Assembly (NCBI GenBank): GCA_024277025.1
Contig: JAJRWA010000082.1
Span: 13,169-77,168, forward strand
Length of the DNA stretch: 64,000 nucleotides
Reading direction: 5' to 3'
Source: Candidatus Krumholzibacteriota bacterium
Lineage (GTDB): Bacteria > Krumholzibacteriota > Krumholzibacteriia > LZORAL124-64-63
Below, in pieces: positions 1-9,232 of the stretch (the first letter of the stretch is position 1; each line of letters begins with the position of its first letter). A model generated the notes under the pieces. It was not told the origin of the DNA. It saw only the letters and a list, made by a program, of their open reading frames with translations, and ran no database searches. The position numbers and the translations under genes were made by a program.

Positions 1-2
1 TG

Positions 3-950
3 CCTTTCCTGGCCGGGGAAGAATACGGCGGCCATCCGGTCAACGAGATTCTCGAGTACTTGACGGAAATGAAGGTGCTGCACCACAGCGGCGATCGCTA
101 CCACTGGATGGCCGACACCTATCCGGCCGAGGATGTGAGCCTGCGCAGCGCCGCGCCGGACAACGTGGTGATCATCGACCGCACCGTGCCCGGTGGGCGC
201 ATCATTGGCGAGATGGACCTGTTCAGCGCCCAGGAAATGCTGCATGACGATGCGATCTACATCCACGGGGCCCAGCAGTATCACGTGGACAAGCTGGACT
301 GGGACCGCCGCGAGGCCCACGTGAAATCCGTGGCGGTGGACTACTACACGGATGCGCAGCGCAAGAGTGAGTTGAAGACTTTGACGGCGGACATCGAGCG
401 GCCGTTCGGCGTGGGGCAGTTGGCCGTGGGCGAGGTCGGCCTGATTGCCAAGGTCACCGTGTTCAAGAAGATCAAGCTGGGCACGCACGAGAACGTCGGG
501 GCCGGGCGCGTGCACCTGCCCGAGATGGAGATGCACACCACGAGCTTCTGGTGGGAACTGCCGGATGACTTGCTGTCGGTCATGGCTGCCGAGGGTCATG
601 ATTTGGGGGACGCCCTGAAGGGCCTGGCCCACCTGCTGGGCCGGGTGGCGCCGGTGTTCATCATGGCTGATATGTCCGACCTGCACAGCACCGCCATGGT
701 ACGCTCACCGTTTACCGGCCTGCCGACCCTGTATTTGTATGATGCCTTCCCCGGCGGCGTCGGATTTGCGCGCCGGATCTATGAGCAATTCGGCGAGATC
801 TGCGGCGCGGCCCGTGAGCACCTGCGGCGCTGCCCCTGCGGTCATGGCTGTCCGTCGTGTGTGGGCGCGGCGGCGGACTCGGGCAACACGGCCCGGGGCG
901 GCGCGTCCTGGCTGTTGGCTCGGGTCGGGCAGGCTGTCGGCGAGGCCTGA
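3..950 (+). CDS. C-terminal portion of a DEAD/DEAH-box helicase with a DUF1998-type four-cysteine zinc-finger domain (MrfA/YprA-like). The 5' end lies outside the window.
   Basis: The reading frame is open to the window edge, and the TTG at 60 is only the tracker's nominal start. The C-terminus carries a CPCGHGCPSCV four-Cys motif typical of DUF1998 domains fused to superfamily-2 helicases. It is immediately followed by a DnaQ-like exonuclease, as in Bacillus mrfAB. Confidence 0.6.
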   Translation, partial: PFLAGEEYGGHPVNEILEYLTEMKVLHHSGDRYHWMADTYPAEDVSLRSAAPDNVVIIDRTVPGGRIIGEMDLFSAQEMLHDDAIYIHGAQQYHVDKLDWDRREAHVKSVAVDYYTDAQRKSELKTLTADIERPFGVGQLAVGEVGLIAKVTVFKKIKLGTHENVGAGRVHLPEMEMHTTSFWWELPDDLLSVMAAEGHDLGDALKGLAHLLGRVAPVFIMADMSDLHSTAMVRSPFTGLPTLYLYDAFPGGVGFARRIYEQFGEICGAAREHLRRCPCGHGCPSCVGAAADSGNTARGGASWLLARVGQAVGEA

Positions 951-952
951 AC

Positions 953-2155
953 ATGGACCTGAAGAAACGTCTGGCCCAGTTGGACCGTCTGACCCGCCGG
1001 CCGGCCGAGGATTTGTCTCCACTTGCCGCCTCCCGGCCAGCGGACCCCGCCGGAGCTCTGGACGAGTTGGGACTGACCCGGCACGAGGGCGCAGCCGGCC
1101 CCGTCTGGTACCGGGAACAGCAGGATGACCTCGCGCCGCCGCCGGATCCGCTGCCTGACCTGACAGGGTTATTCAGCCAGTCGGCGGCCAGCGCACCGGC
1201 TGTGGCCGGGCTGCTGCTGCTGGACACCGAGACGACCGGCCTGGCCGGTGGTACCGGCACCCTCGTGTTTCAGCTCGGGCTGAGCTGGTGGCAACGCGGA
1301 CGGCTGCACACGCGCCAGTACTTTCTGCCCGGACCGGCCGACGAGGCGGCGATGCTGGCGGATCTGGCGGCTCTGGCCAACCGGTTCACCCATGTCGTGA
1401 CCTACAATGGGGCGTCGTTTGATTTGCCGCTGCTCCGGACCCGGGCCCTCCTGAACCGCACACCGGATCCCCTGGGGCATCTGGCCGGCTGGGACCTGCT
1501 TGTGCCGGCGCGTCGTCTGTGGCGCAATCGTCTGCCCGATTGCCGGCAGCAAACCATAGAGTCGGCGATTTGCGGGCGACACCGCTCGGCGGGGGATATC
1601 GACGGCGCCCGGATTCCCCAGACCTGGTTTGATTTCCTGCAGACCGGACGTCCGGGACTGCTGCCGCGCGTCCTGACCCACAACCAGCGGGACATGGTGG
1701 GGATGGCTGATATCCTTGGGCGGGTGGCGGCGGTCGGCGGGTGGCTGGCGTCAGCGCAAGGTTCCGCTGAATGGCCCCTCGCCGCTGTGGCTGACGACCG
1801 GGCGGGAGCCTGGGGGCTGGCTCGGATCTGCGAGCGCCGCCGGGAACAACCGGTCGCGGCAGCCTGCTGTCGGCGGGCCTGGGCGGGCGCGTGGGGCGGA
1901 GTGGCTTCTGGGCCGCTGCGCCGGCGATTTCGCCGGGACATGATCCGGATTCTGAAGCGGGAGCGGGAGTGGGAACTGGTTGAACAGGTGATCCATGATG
2001 GCTTAGACTCTGATCCGCAGGACGCCGGTCTGCAACGCGAGGCCGCGATTCTCTATGAACACCGGCTGGTGGATCTGCCGCGGGCGCACCACCACGCCGT
2101 GGCGGCCGGTGACGGGCATCGGACGGCACGGCTGGAACGGTTGCTGGCTCGCTGA
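953..2155 (+). CDS. DnaQ/DEDD-like 3'-5' exonuclease (RNase H-like fold), MrfB/YprB-like
   Basis: Exo I motif LLLDTETTGL, Exo II motif YNGASFDLPLL and a later H..D motif (HNQRDMVGMADIL). The ATG at 953 sits 3 nt after the upstream stop, so the long N-terminal extension in the ORF track (from 857) is probably not translated. Confidence 0.65.
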   Translation: MDLKKRLAQLDRLTRRPAEDLSPLAASRPADPAGALDELGLTRHEGAAGPVWYREQQDDLAPPPDPLPDLTGLFSQSAASAPAVAGLLLLDTETTGLAGGTGTLVFQLGLSWWQRGRLHTRQYFLPGPADEAAMLADLAALANRFTHVVTYNGASFDLPLLRTRALLNRTPDPLGHLAGWDLLVPARRLWRNRLPDCRQQTIESAICGRHRSAGDIDGARIPQTWFDFLQTGRPGLLPRVLTHNQRDMVGMADILGRVAAVGGWLASAQGSAEWPLAAVADDRAGAWGLARICERRREQPVAAACCRRAWAGAWGGVASGPLRRRFRRDMIRILKREREWELVEQVIHDGLDSDPQDAGLQREAAILYEHRLVDLPRAHHHAVAAGDGHRTARLERLLAR

Positions 2156-2163
2156 AGGAGGGT

Positions 2164-2601
2164 GTGCTTGTGAAGATGACCAGACAGGAAGCCCAGGTCC
2201 TGACAGCTGCGATCCGGGTTCAGGCCCACCTGCTGGAGCGTTCGCCGACTCCGGCGGAGGTGGCGGACCTGCTGCGGCTTTCGGAGACCGCGGTTCGCCT
2301 GCAACTGAACTTCCTGGCGGATCTCGGGGCGGTGATTTTGGTCGACAGCGCCTTTGCGACCCACGTGGAGGTCAAGGATCATCTGGCGGTGGAGACGCTT
2401 GCCGAGGCGGAGGGGCCGGCCTTGAGCGAGGACCTCAGGGAGTTCGACCGGCGCAAGCAGGCCGAGGCCGATCGCATGGCCCAGTTGTTCGATTCCGGCG
2501 AGACGGCGCGTGAGCAGCAGGAAAAGCTGGACCGGATGGGGGATGAGCTGAGGAAATTCAAACGGCAGAAGCCAGCCAACCCGTTTGGGGACGACGACTG
2601 A
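2164..2601 (+). CDS. Hypothetical protein with a predicted winged-helix/HTH segment and a charged coiled-coil tail
   Basis: Complete ORF tightly following the exonuclease gene. The segment PAEVADLLRLSETAVRLQLNFLADLGAV resembles a wHTH recognition helix. The C-terminus is acidic and lysine-rich. Confidence 0.45.
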   Translation: MLVKMTRQEAQVLTAAIRVQAHLLERSPTPAEVADLLRLSETAVRLQLNFLADLGAVILVDSAFATHVEVKDHLAVETLAEAEGPALSEDLREFDRRKQAEADRMAQLFDSGETAREQQEKLDRMGDELRKFKRQKPANPFGDDD

Positions 2602-2621
2602 TCGGCGTCACTTTCGGTCGG

Positions 2622-2660
2622 GAAAAGAGCCGGGGCCCGTGGGCACCCGGCTCTTATTCA
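2622..2660. terminator. GC-rich hairpin between convergent genes, acting as a rho-independent terminator for ppiD(-) and possibly bidirectional
   Basis: AAGAGCCGGG-gcccgtgggca-CCCGGCTCTT forms a 10-bp perfect stem. On the minus strand it is followed by a TTTTCCC tract. On the plus strand the following tract (attcattgtc) is weaker. Confidence 0.6.
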
Positions 2661-2686
2661 TTGTCTGGGCCGTCGGTGCCGCGGCC

Positions 2687-4498
2687 CTACCGGGTCCGAT
2701 AGCGGTTGTCGACAATTTCAGCCGCCGCGATCTGGTCATCGAACCATTTGTTGATGACTTCGCCCTGGGCGCGCTGCATCAGGACGGCACGCAGGCCCGC
2801 CTGGCGCTGATCGAAGTCGGCCTGGTCCACCGGGGCGATCCACAACGGCGTGGCGGCAAAGACGCCGCGCAGCGTGGGGATCTCGGGAATCAGCCTACCG
2901 ACGGTGCCGGTGATCACCTTGAGATTGAAGTCCGTACCATAGCCGACGCCATCGACGTTGCCGTTGGCCGTGAAGGTGTCGGTGACCGCATGGGCCAGGC
3001 CGTAGGCACTGGCAACCTCGGCCATCGTCTTGCCCAACTGAACTTCACCGACTGCCGGTGCCAGCTTGGCCTTGGCGGCGGCCAGATTGTGCTCTTTGCG
3101 CACCGCCAGGCTGACCTGCCCCTTGACCTCGTCGAGGGGGCGGGTGCCGCCGGGGATGGTGCCCTCAGCCAGCACGATGTAGTAGAAGTCGCGGTTCTCG
3201 AAGATGCGGCTGACCTCGCCGGCGTCGGCGCCGAAGGCCCACTGGCTGCCCCGCAGGGAAAGTGCAACCGAAGGAATATCGCGGCCGGCGGGGAAAGGTT
3301 CGGGCGAGACGAGGTCCAGCGCCTCAGCTTCGGCGGTGGTCGCGAAATTCTCCCCGGTGACCCGCAGGCGGAAGTTCTCGGCGGACTGGCGAATAAGGTC
3401 CAGGGTGTCGGGGCCAGGCTGAACCTTCAGCAGGATGTGCCGGGCTTCCACCTCGTACACCTCACCGGTTCCACTGTCCAGGGAACGGTCGGTCACTTCG
3501 ATCAGGTGGTAGCCGAACTTGGTCTTCACCGGCTCGCTGACTTCGCCGACCGGGAGCTCGAAAGCCACCGCGGTTAAGGGGGCGACCATCCGGTTGCGGT
3601 CGAAGCGGCCCAGGTCACCACCGCGCGCGGCGCTGCCCGGGTCTTCACTGTATTCCGAGGCGGCGACGGCGAAATCCTTGGCCCCGGAGAGGATCTCTTC
3701 GCGGATGGCCTGAATGTCGAGCAGAACGTCGGCGTAGTCGGCTTCGCTGGGGGTCTTGGCGAAGCGGACGACCTGGGCCTTGGCCAGGGTGTCGACCCGG
3801 TAGTCGTCCTGGTGATCGGAATACCAGGCGGCGATCTCATCGTCGGTGGGTTCGTAGCCGTCACCAAGGTCGGCGAAGGTGGCGCCCATATATTCGGCAA
3901 CCGCTCTACCGGTCTGACGGATATACTCCTCACGCAGCTCTTCGTCAGTGACCGAAGCAAGGCCGGCGATCTCGTCGTTGAGTTTCTGGCGCGGCAGGAT
4001 GGTGCGGATATAGTTCTCGGCGCTGGTCCAGTCGTTGGCGGGATCCTGCAAGGCCGAGTAGTAGGCATTCATGTCCACGTTGCCGCTTTCATCGCGGAAC
4101 TGGTTGAGAATCTCCATGGGTGGATTGTTCTGGAAGACAGCCAGAACTTCCTCGTCGTCGACCTTGATCTTGCGATCGGCGATGGCCTGCTCGATGATCA
4201 GGTTACGAATCAAGGCGTCCCAGGCCTGGGTTTCGGCGATGGCGTACTGGTTGGCGTTGAGCTCCTGGTTGCCGCCCTGCTGACGCATCTGGCTGACCTG
4301 CTGGCGCACGGCGAAATCATACTGCTGGGCGGTGATCTTATCGCCGTTGACCGAACCCACGATGCCGGGCTCGATGGAGTTGGACCCTGGTGCCTGGCAA
4401 CCCCGGCCGGTCATGCCGCCGAGGAACAGGAACAGGATAAACGAACCGGCGATCACCCAGTAAAAGACCTTGGCCTGCGAGCGCAGAAACTTGAACAT
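2687..4498 (-). CDS. ppiD: Periplasmic chaperone / peptidyl-prolyl cis-trans isomerase PpiD
   Basis: N-terminal membrane anchor ([18 protein letters not shown]), long SurA-like chaperone region and a parvulin PPIase signature ([14 protein letters not shown]...GYHLIEV). At 603 aa it has the length typical of PpiD. Confidence 0.8.
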   Translation of the reverse strand: MFKFLRSQAKVFYWVIAGSFILFLFLGGMTGRGCQAPGSNSIEPGIVGSVNGDKITAQQYDFAVRQQVSQMRQQGGNQELNANQYAIAETQAWDALIRNLIIEQAIADRKIKVDDEEVLAVFQNNPPMEILNQFRDESGNVDMNAYYSALQDPANDWTSAENYIRTILPRQKLNDEIAGLASVTDEELREEYIRQTGRAVAEYMGATFADLGDGYEPTDDEIAAWYSDHQDDYRVDTLAKAQVVRFAKTPSEADYADVLLDIQAIREEILSGAKDFAVAASEYSEDPGSAARGGDLGRFDRNRMVAPLTAVAFELPVGEVSEPVKTKFGYHLIEVTDRSLDSGTGEVYEVEARHILLKVQPGPDTLDLIRQSAENFRLRVTGENFATTAEAEALDLVSPEPFPAGRDIPSVALSLRGSQWAFGADAGEVSRIFENRDFYYIVLAEGTIPGGTRPLDEVKGQVSLAVRKEHNLAAAKAKLAPAVGEVQLGKTMAEVASAYGLAHAVTDTFTANGNVDGVGYGTDFNLKVITGTVGRLIPEIPTLRGVFAATPLWIAPVDQADFDQRQAGLRAVLMQRAQGEVINKWFDDQIAAAEIVDNRYRTR

Positions 4499-4653
4499 TT
4501 GCTTCTTCCCCTCGGAAAGTTCTTAACGACCTGGAAACAGTCCCATAAAATGGTAGAAGATCCCCGTTTTCACAAGTTGGACGTTGCCTGAGATTGAATT
4601 TCTGCTAACGTTCGGTCCGATTCCGCGCTTCCTCAACCTGAAAAAGGGCTTCC

Positions 4654-5082
4654 ATGTTTCACCATCCCGGCCTGGCGGCATTGTTGAGCGGACTGGCGGC
4701 CCAACTGGCCAAGGTCCTCCTGGAGGGGGTGCGCAAGCGCCGCTGGCGGCCTGAACTCCTGTTTACCAACGGGGGGATGCCCAGTTCACACACGGCGACG
4801 GTGACGACGTTGGCCCTGATGGTCGGCCGGTCGGACGGGTATGGTTCGGCAATCTTCAGCCTGGTGCTGGTGTTCAGCGTATTTGTGGTATTTGAGGCCA
4901 CCGGATTGCGGCAGGAAATCGGGCATCAGGCGCGGCTGCTGAATGATCTGATGGACAGCGCGCTGCACGGGGAACGGGTCGACGGCCAGCGCCTGCGGGA
5001 ACTGGTTGGGCACACCTGGGGGGAAGTTGGCGGTGGCCTGGTCTTTGGTTTTCTCTTCTATCTGCTGTTTCTGCCAGGGTAG
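4654..5082 (+). CDS. Divergent PAP2-family membrane protein (DUF212/YuiD-like acid phosphatase-related)
   Basis: A small polytopic membrane protein with GGMPSSHTATV and a conserved histidine in an LxxxHxERVxGQ context, as in PF02681 members. Confidence 0.6.
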   Translation: MFHHPGLAALLSGLAAQLAKVLLEGVRKRRWRPELLFTNGGMPSSHTATVTTLALMVGRSDGYGSAIFSLVLVFSVFVVFEATGLRQEIGHQARLLNDLMDSALHGERVDGQRLRELVGHTWGEVGGGLVFGFLFYLLFLPG

Positions 5083-5120
5083 ACCGGTTCGGGAAATAAA
5101 GAAATCCTCAATTTTCTCTG

Positions 5121-5148
5121 TTGACACACCGTGTCCGCTTTGTATGAT
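5121..5148 (+). promoter_or_regulatory. Near-consensus sigma70-type promoter upstream of the ParA-CBM48 gene
   Basis: TTGACA (5121-5126), a 16-nt spacer, then an extended -10 TGTATGAT (5141-5148). Matches this close to consensus are rare in this GC-rich sequence. The predicted leader before the ATG at 5276 is about 120 nt. Confidence 0.5.
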
Positions 5149-5275
5149 CGGTCAAACAGGACGACGGAGCGAGGGAGCCGTCCACCCTTTGGCAATAGAT
5201 TCCGGGCGCCCGACCTGAAGGCGGTTCGGACTTTTTGCGGCTTCGCTTTGCGATTCATCATCGAAAGGATTCGAT

Positions 5276-6349
5276 ATGAGAGTCGTCGCTTTGGCCAATC
5301 AGAAGGGTGGTTGCGGCAAGACCACGACCGCGACCAATCTGGCGGCTGCCCTGGCCCAGATGGACAAGAAAGTTCTGCTGATCGATAACGACCCCCAGGG
5401 GCATTCCACCCTGGCCTTCGGCTTCCACGAGCGCGACTTCACCCTCGGCACCTACGATCTCTACCTCACGTCGGACATTCTGGTGGAGGACGCCTTTCTG
5501 GCGGTGTCGCCCAATCTGCACGTGGTGCCGGCCGGCATCGAGCTCAGCGCGGTGGAAATGACGCTGGCCCGCGAGGCCGAGCGGGAACTGCGGCTGCGCC
5601 GGAATCTGCGCCGCAGTGCCATGCCCTACGACTACGTTCTGATCGATTGCCCGCCCAGTGTCAGCCTCCTGACGTTCAATGCCCTGCTGGCCTGCGGCGA
5701 GGTGCTGATCCCCGTGGATCCGAGCAGTTACAGCCTGCAGGCCGTGCGTAAGATGCGTGAAACGTTGTCCGTGGTCAGGGAGAAGAAGGGCCACGACATC
5801 GTGCCCCGTATCCTGATGTCCGACTTCGACACACGGCCGCTCTTCGTCCGCAAAATCATGGAAGAGCTGATCGAGCTCTACGCCGACGAACTGCTCGACA
5901 CGGTCGTGCATCACACCGTGCGCTTCCGGGAGGCGGCCGGGGCCGGCGTACCGGTGATCCTCTACGACCCGGAGTCCCGCGGGGCCCTGGACTTCGCCAG
6001 TCTGGCCCGGGAATTGGCCGCCCAGGAAGTGTCGGTCAAGGTGGCGGCGCTGGACCACTGGTCGGCGTTGCTGCACGGGCCGCGGGTCTCGCCGGCCGGG
6101 GTGCTTTTCGAGGCCGATTTCCCCAGGGCCAAGACCGTACGCATCACCGGATCGTTCTGCGACTGGTCGGCCAAGGGCCTGCCCCTGAACCGGCGGGAGG
6201 ATGGGGCCTGGGAGTGTCGTCTGGAGCTTGAAAGCGGCCGGTATGAGTACCGTTTCATTGTGGACGGGGCGTGGTTGCCCGATCCCCACAACACCGAAAC
6301 GGTGGCCAACGAGTTCGGGGGAGCCAACAGTCAGGTGGTCGTGGGCTGA
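5276..6349 (+). CDS. ParA/MinD-family P-loop ATPase fused to a C-terminal CBM48 / AMPK-beta glycogen-binding domain
   Basis: N-terminal deviant Walker A KGGCGKTT and a Soj/ParA-like core (LLIDNDPQGHST, LIDCPPS). The last ~90 aa (AKTVRITGSFCDWSAKGLPLNRREDGAWECRLELESGRYEYRFIVDGAWLPDPHNTETVANEFGGANSQVVV) match the AMPK1_CBM/CBM48 consensus (GSFnnWs...L.r....w...l.LppGeYeYkFiVDGeW.hDP). Confidence 0.8.
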   Translation: MRVVALANQKGGCGKTTTATNLAAALAQMDKKVLLIDNDPQGHSTLAFGFHERDFTLGTYDLYLTSDILVEDAFLAVSPNLHVVPAGIELSAVEMTLAREAERELRLRRNLRRSAMPYDYVLIDCPPSVSLLTFNALLACGEVLIPVDPSSYSLQAVRKMRETLSVVREKKGHDIVPRILMSDFDTRPLFVRKIMEELIELYADELLDTVVHHTVRFREAAGAGVPVILYDPESRGALDFASLARELAAQEVSVKVAALDHWSALLHGPRVSPAGVLFEADFPRAKTVRITGSFCDWSAKGLPLNRREDGAWECRLELESGRYEYRFIVDGAWLPDPHNTETVANEFGGANSQVVVG

Positions 6350-6393
6350 AGGCCGGCGGCGGTGCCCAGGAGTCAACCGGGAGCAGACAGCCC

Positions 6394-7203
6394 ATGTCAC
6401 GACAACCGCCCGGTTCGCACCGGCACCAACGGCCGGATGGGCAGGTGCACCACATCTCGTCGATCGCCCACCTCTTTCTGGCCGAGGACGAACTGGCGGC
6501 TGAGAGCAGACGTTGCGGGGCCAGCCAGAGTTTTGCGGTGACCTGCTTCCACGATTCGCGGGTTTCCGCTTTCGTCTGCGGGGCGTTGGCGACGGCCGCC
6601 CGCCAGGTTGCCGGCCGCGGCGGGGGACGTCCAGTCCGGTTGCGGGAGGATGCTGGCCTGGCCTGGTCCGTGCGGTCTTTCCTGGCGGATGACAAACTGG
6701 CCGCTTCCCGGATGGCCCGGGGGCAGCCGGGTCATTGGACCTGGTCGCCCGAGGGTTCCGGTGCCGGGGCGGCGGGTCTTGTCCAGTGGAGCCACCTGGC
6801 GGACAACCGTGATTTCGAGGCCGACGAGATAGAGCCGGACGGCGCTATTATCTGCCTCCTGGCCTGCGAGGTGGGCCAGTTGCCCGCCGGCGTGCGTTTG
6901 GGGCGGCTGTTGGGACAGCTCCGGCCCCGCCGTCTGGAGATTCTGGTCTTTCCTGACGAGTGGGCAACGGAACGGCTGCCGGCCAGTGAAGGCCGAGGGT
7001 GGCGGGGCTTCGGTGGGGGCGGACAGGCGGCACTGCTGGCCCGTTGCCGGGACCTGACCCGGGCCATCGGCGGCTGCTGTCCGGTGACGATCACGACTCT
7101 GCCGGCCAACGGCGCCGGCGAGGCCGGCGCCGGCACAACCTCGATCCTGCACAAACTGGCCCAGCGCCTGCTGGGCGATTTTTCGGTGGACCCCGGCTCC
7201 TGA
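6394..7203 (+). CDS. Hypothetical protein downstream of the ParA-CBM48 gene, a candidate partner or adaptor
   Basis: An ORF in a different frame whose first ATG beyond the parA stop is at 6394. The long track ORF starting at 6271 overlaps parA and is rejected. No recognisable domain. Rich in Ala, Arg and Gly. Confidence 0.4.
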   Translation: MSRQPPGSHRHQRPDGQVHHISSIAHLFLAEDELAAESRRCGASQSFAVTCFHDSRVSAFVCGALATAARQVAGRGGGRPVRLREDAGLAWSVRSFLADDKLAASRMARGQPGHWTWSPEGSGAGAAGLVQWSHLADNRDFEADEIEPDGAIICLLACEVGQLPAGVRLGRLLGQLRPRRLEILVFPDEWATERLPASEGRGWRGFGGGGQAALLARCRDLTRAIGGCCPVTITTLPANGAGEAGAGTTSILHKLAQRLLGDFSVDPGS

Positions 7204-7260
7204 CTCCCCTTAGTCTGACCCGCGAGAGACCGCATCTGTTCCCGATTCGCGGAGGCCCCA

Positions 7261-7847
7261 TGAGATCTGCCACGAACAGCCCATTTCTTGGTCGCCTGTT
7301 CGCTTGCCGCCTGTTCGCTTGCCACCTGTTCGTTTGCTGCCTGCTGCTGGGTGGGCTGGTCGCCAGGGCGCCGTCTGCGGCGGCTGCGGAGCGTACGACC
7401 CTCGGCCGGCCCGGCTATCTGGTGATCGAGGGCGTCCGCGACTCCAGTGCGGTGTTCACCTGGCAGGAGGGCCCGGGGCCCGGTCGCCATTCACTGGTGT
7501 GGCCGGAGGGCACACTCAGCCTGCCGTCCGGGCAGAACCTGGACGACTACGGACGGTTGGATGCGGGAGTGGCCTGCGGAGCGGAATTGTCCGGGGTCGG
7601 CGGCAGTGGCCACCTGGTCTTTAACGACGGACTGTACGTCGTCTCGGAGCCGATTGTCCTGGCCGACGGCACCCTGGAACTTCATGTGTCGGCCGGTGAA
7701 CTGGAAATCCGCAGCAACCAGATTCGCTATCGACGGCCCGTGATCGAGGATCACAGCAGTCAAGCCAACTATATCTTTCTGGCCGGGCTGGTCGTGCTGA
7801 TTGTGGTCCTGATGCGCCGGGTGCGGAAGCGGCTGAGGAAGTCTTGA
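7261..7847 (+). CDS. Hypothetical exported protein with an N-terminal signal peptide and a C-terminal transmembrane anchor
   Basis: MRSATNSPFLGRLFACRLFACHLFVCCLLLGGLVARAPSAAAAE looks like a signal peptide. The C-terminus is hydrophobic (IFLAGLVVLIVVL) followed by basic residues RRVRKRLRK. The signal-peptide region is encoded by a 15-bp tandem repeat. Confidence 0.5.
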
Positions 7848-9232
7848 GCAAATTGGTGGACTTGTCTTCGGGCCGGGAGCAGACGGCCTGGTGGTTGCTG
7901 CAGGCCGCCTTGTTCACGCTGCCCTGGATCGGCGTCGGGACAGCGGCCGTCGTGACGGGACGCGACCTGGGCGCCGGGCTGCAGCCATCCTGGCTGGCGC
8001 TCGCGCTGGTGGTCATTCTGCGGGCGCGGGCTATCGTGGAATTTCTGGCCGAGACACGACGATCCTGGCTGGTGGCCGCCGGACCGCTCGCAATGGCGGT
8101 CCTGATTTCCGGGCTGGGAATCTGGGTGGCGCCGTCCGGTGAAGCGGACTCCACGACCGTTCTGCGCTTTGGCAAGCAGATTGTCCAGTTGGGTGTGATG
8201 CTCGCCTTTGTGGTCGTTCCAGCCTTCTACCTCTGGCGGGGCTGCCCCCTGGCGCGGCTGATGCGACCCCTGGCCTGGGGGGCGGTGTTTCAGGTGCTTT
8301 ACGGGGCCGTGCAAGGGGTCAATTACTTCCACCCGCTGCCGGTGATGCCAGCATTGGCAGGATTCTTCACCTCCAATCCCGCCATTTTGTCAGGTTCCGG
8401 TCAATTGTACCTCAGCAACGCCCTGCAGGACGTGCCACGACTGCGGGGGACTGCCTGTGAACCGCTGTATCTGGGCAACTACCTGTTGTTGGCCCTGCCG
8501 GCCGTGGCCCTGACCAAGTGGCCTCGGCGGCGACAGGTGACCGTGGCCGTGGCGTTGGCGGCCCTGCTCTTGCTGACCTGGTCCCGGGGAGCCTGGCTGG
8601 CCGCCATGGCCGCTGGCGCATTCTGGGGCCTGGGTTCGCTTCGCAACGGCCTGCCTGGGTGGCGGGCCGGGAGCGGGCGCCGGCTTGCCTGGGTCGGCGC
8701 GGCCGTCGTCGGGGCCGTCGCCCTGGCCGGTGCGCTGGGGCGACCGGAGGTCTGGCTGCCCTGGCAGCGACTGATCCAGTCCTTCAGTCTGGTGGATTGG
8801 TCGAACCTCACCAGGCTCTACAGCATGCAGGCGGCCTGGCGGGCGTTCCTGCTCAGCCCGCTGATTGGAATCGGCTGGGGCCAGTTCGGCTTCCATTTCG
8901 TGGCTTTGGTGGACCCGATGGGGCTGCAGGCCATGTTCACCTGGCCGGTGGTCAACAACTTCCCGCTGGAGATACTGTGCGAGACGGGAGGACTGGGGGG
9001 ATTGTCGCTGATCTGGCTGGTATGGGTTCTGGCCGGGAAAGTGCGCCAGCGTTTGCTGGCCGGCTCGCCCGGCGACCGTGCGGCCGTTTTGTTGCTGGCA
9101 GCGGCCTCGCTGGGGATCTGGGTGCAGTTGCTGACCTTCTCGCAGTACAATCTGCCGCACATCTGGGTGGCTTTGGGCTTGCTTTGCGGTACCCTGGGCC
9201 CGACCACAGCAACCGGGGAGGGACAGCCATGA
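7844..9232 (+). CDS. O-antigen ligase / Wzy_C-family polytopic membrane protein
   Basis: Many transmembrane segments and the Wzy_C-like motif TWSRGAWLAAMAAGAFWGL with a periplasmic loop. Start and stop overlap the neighbouring genes by 4 nt (operon-style coupling). Confidence 0.65.
   Translation: MSKLVDLSSGREQTAWWLLQAALFTLPWIGVGTAAVVTGRDLGAGLQPSWLALALVVILRARAIVEFLAETRRSWLVAAGPLAMAVLISGLGIWVAPSGEADSTTVLRFGKQIVQLGVMLAFVVVPAFYLWRGCPLARLMRPLAWGAVFQVLYGAVQGVNYFHPLPVMPALAGFFTSNPAILSGSGQLYLSNALQDVPRLRGTACEPLYLGNYLLLALPAVALTKWPRRRQVTVAVALAALLLLTWSRGAWLAAMAAGAFWGLGSLRNGLPGWRAGSGRRLAWVGAAVVGAVALAGALGRPEVWLPWQRLIQSFSLVDWSNLTRLYSMQAAWRAFLLSPLIGIGWGQFGFHFVALVDPMGLQAMFTWPVVNNFPLEILCETGGLGGLSLIWLVWVLAGKVRQRLLAGSPGDRAAVLLLAAASLGIWVQLLTFSQYNLPHIWVALGLLCGTLGPTTATGEGQP

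Noticed and set aside
857-952. N-terminal extensions of several track ORFs (857 for the exonuclease, 6271 for the post-parA ORF, 8518 for GT4, 11583 for the methyltransferase, 41641 for pilT, 43041 for accC, 48894 for bamD, 60355 for clpC)
   Set aside because: The extensions overlap the 3' end of the upstream gene in another frame and are Arg/Gly-rich with no homology. Internal ATG/GTG starts sit where the conserved N-termini begin, often forming ATGA/GTGA coupling overlaps with the upstream stop.
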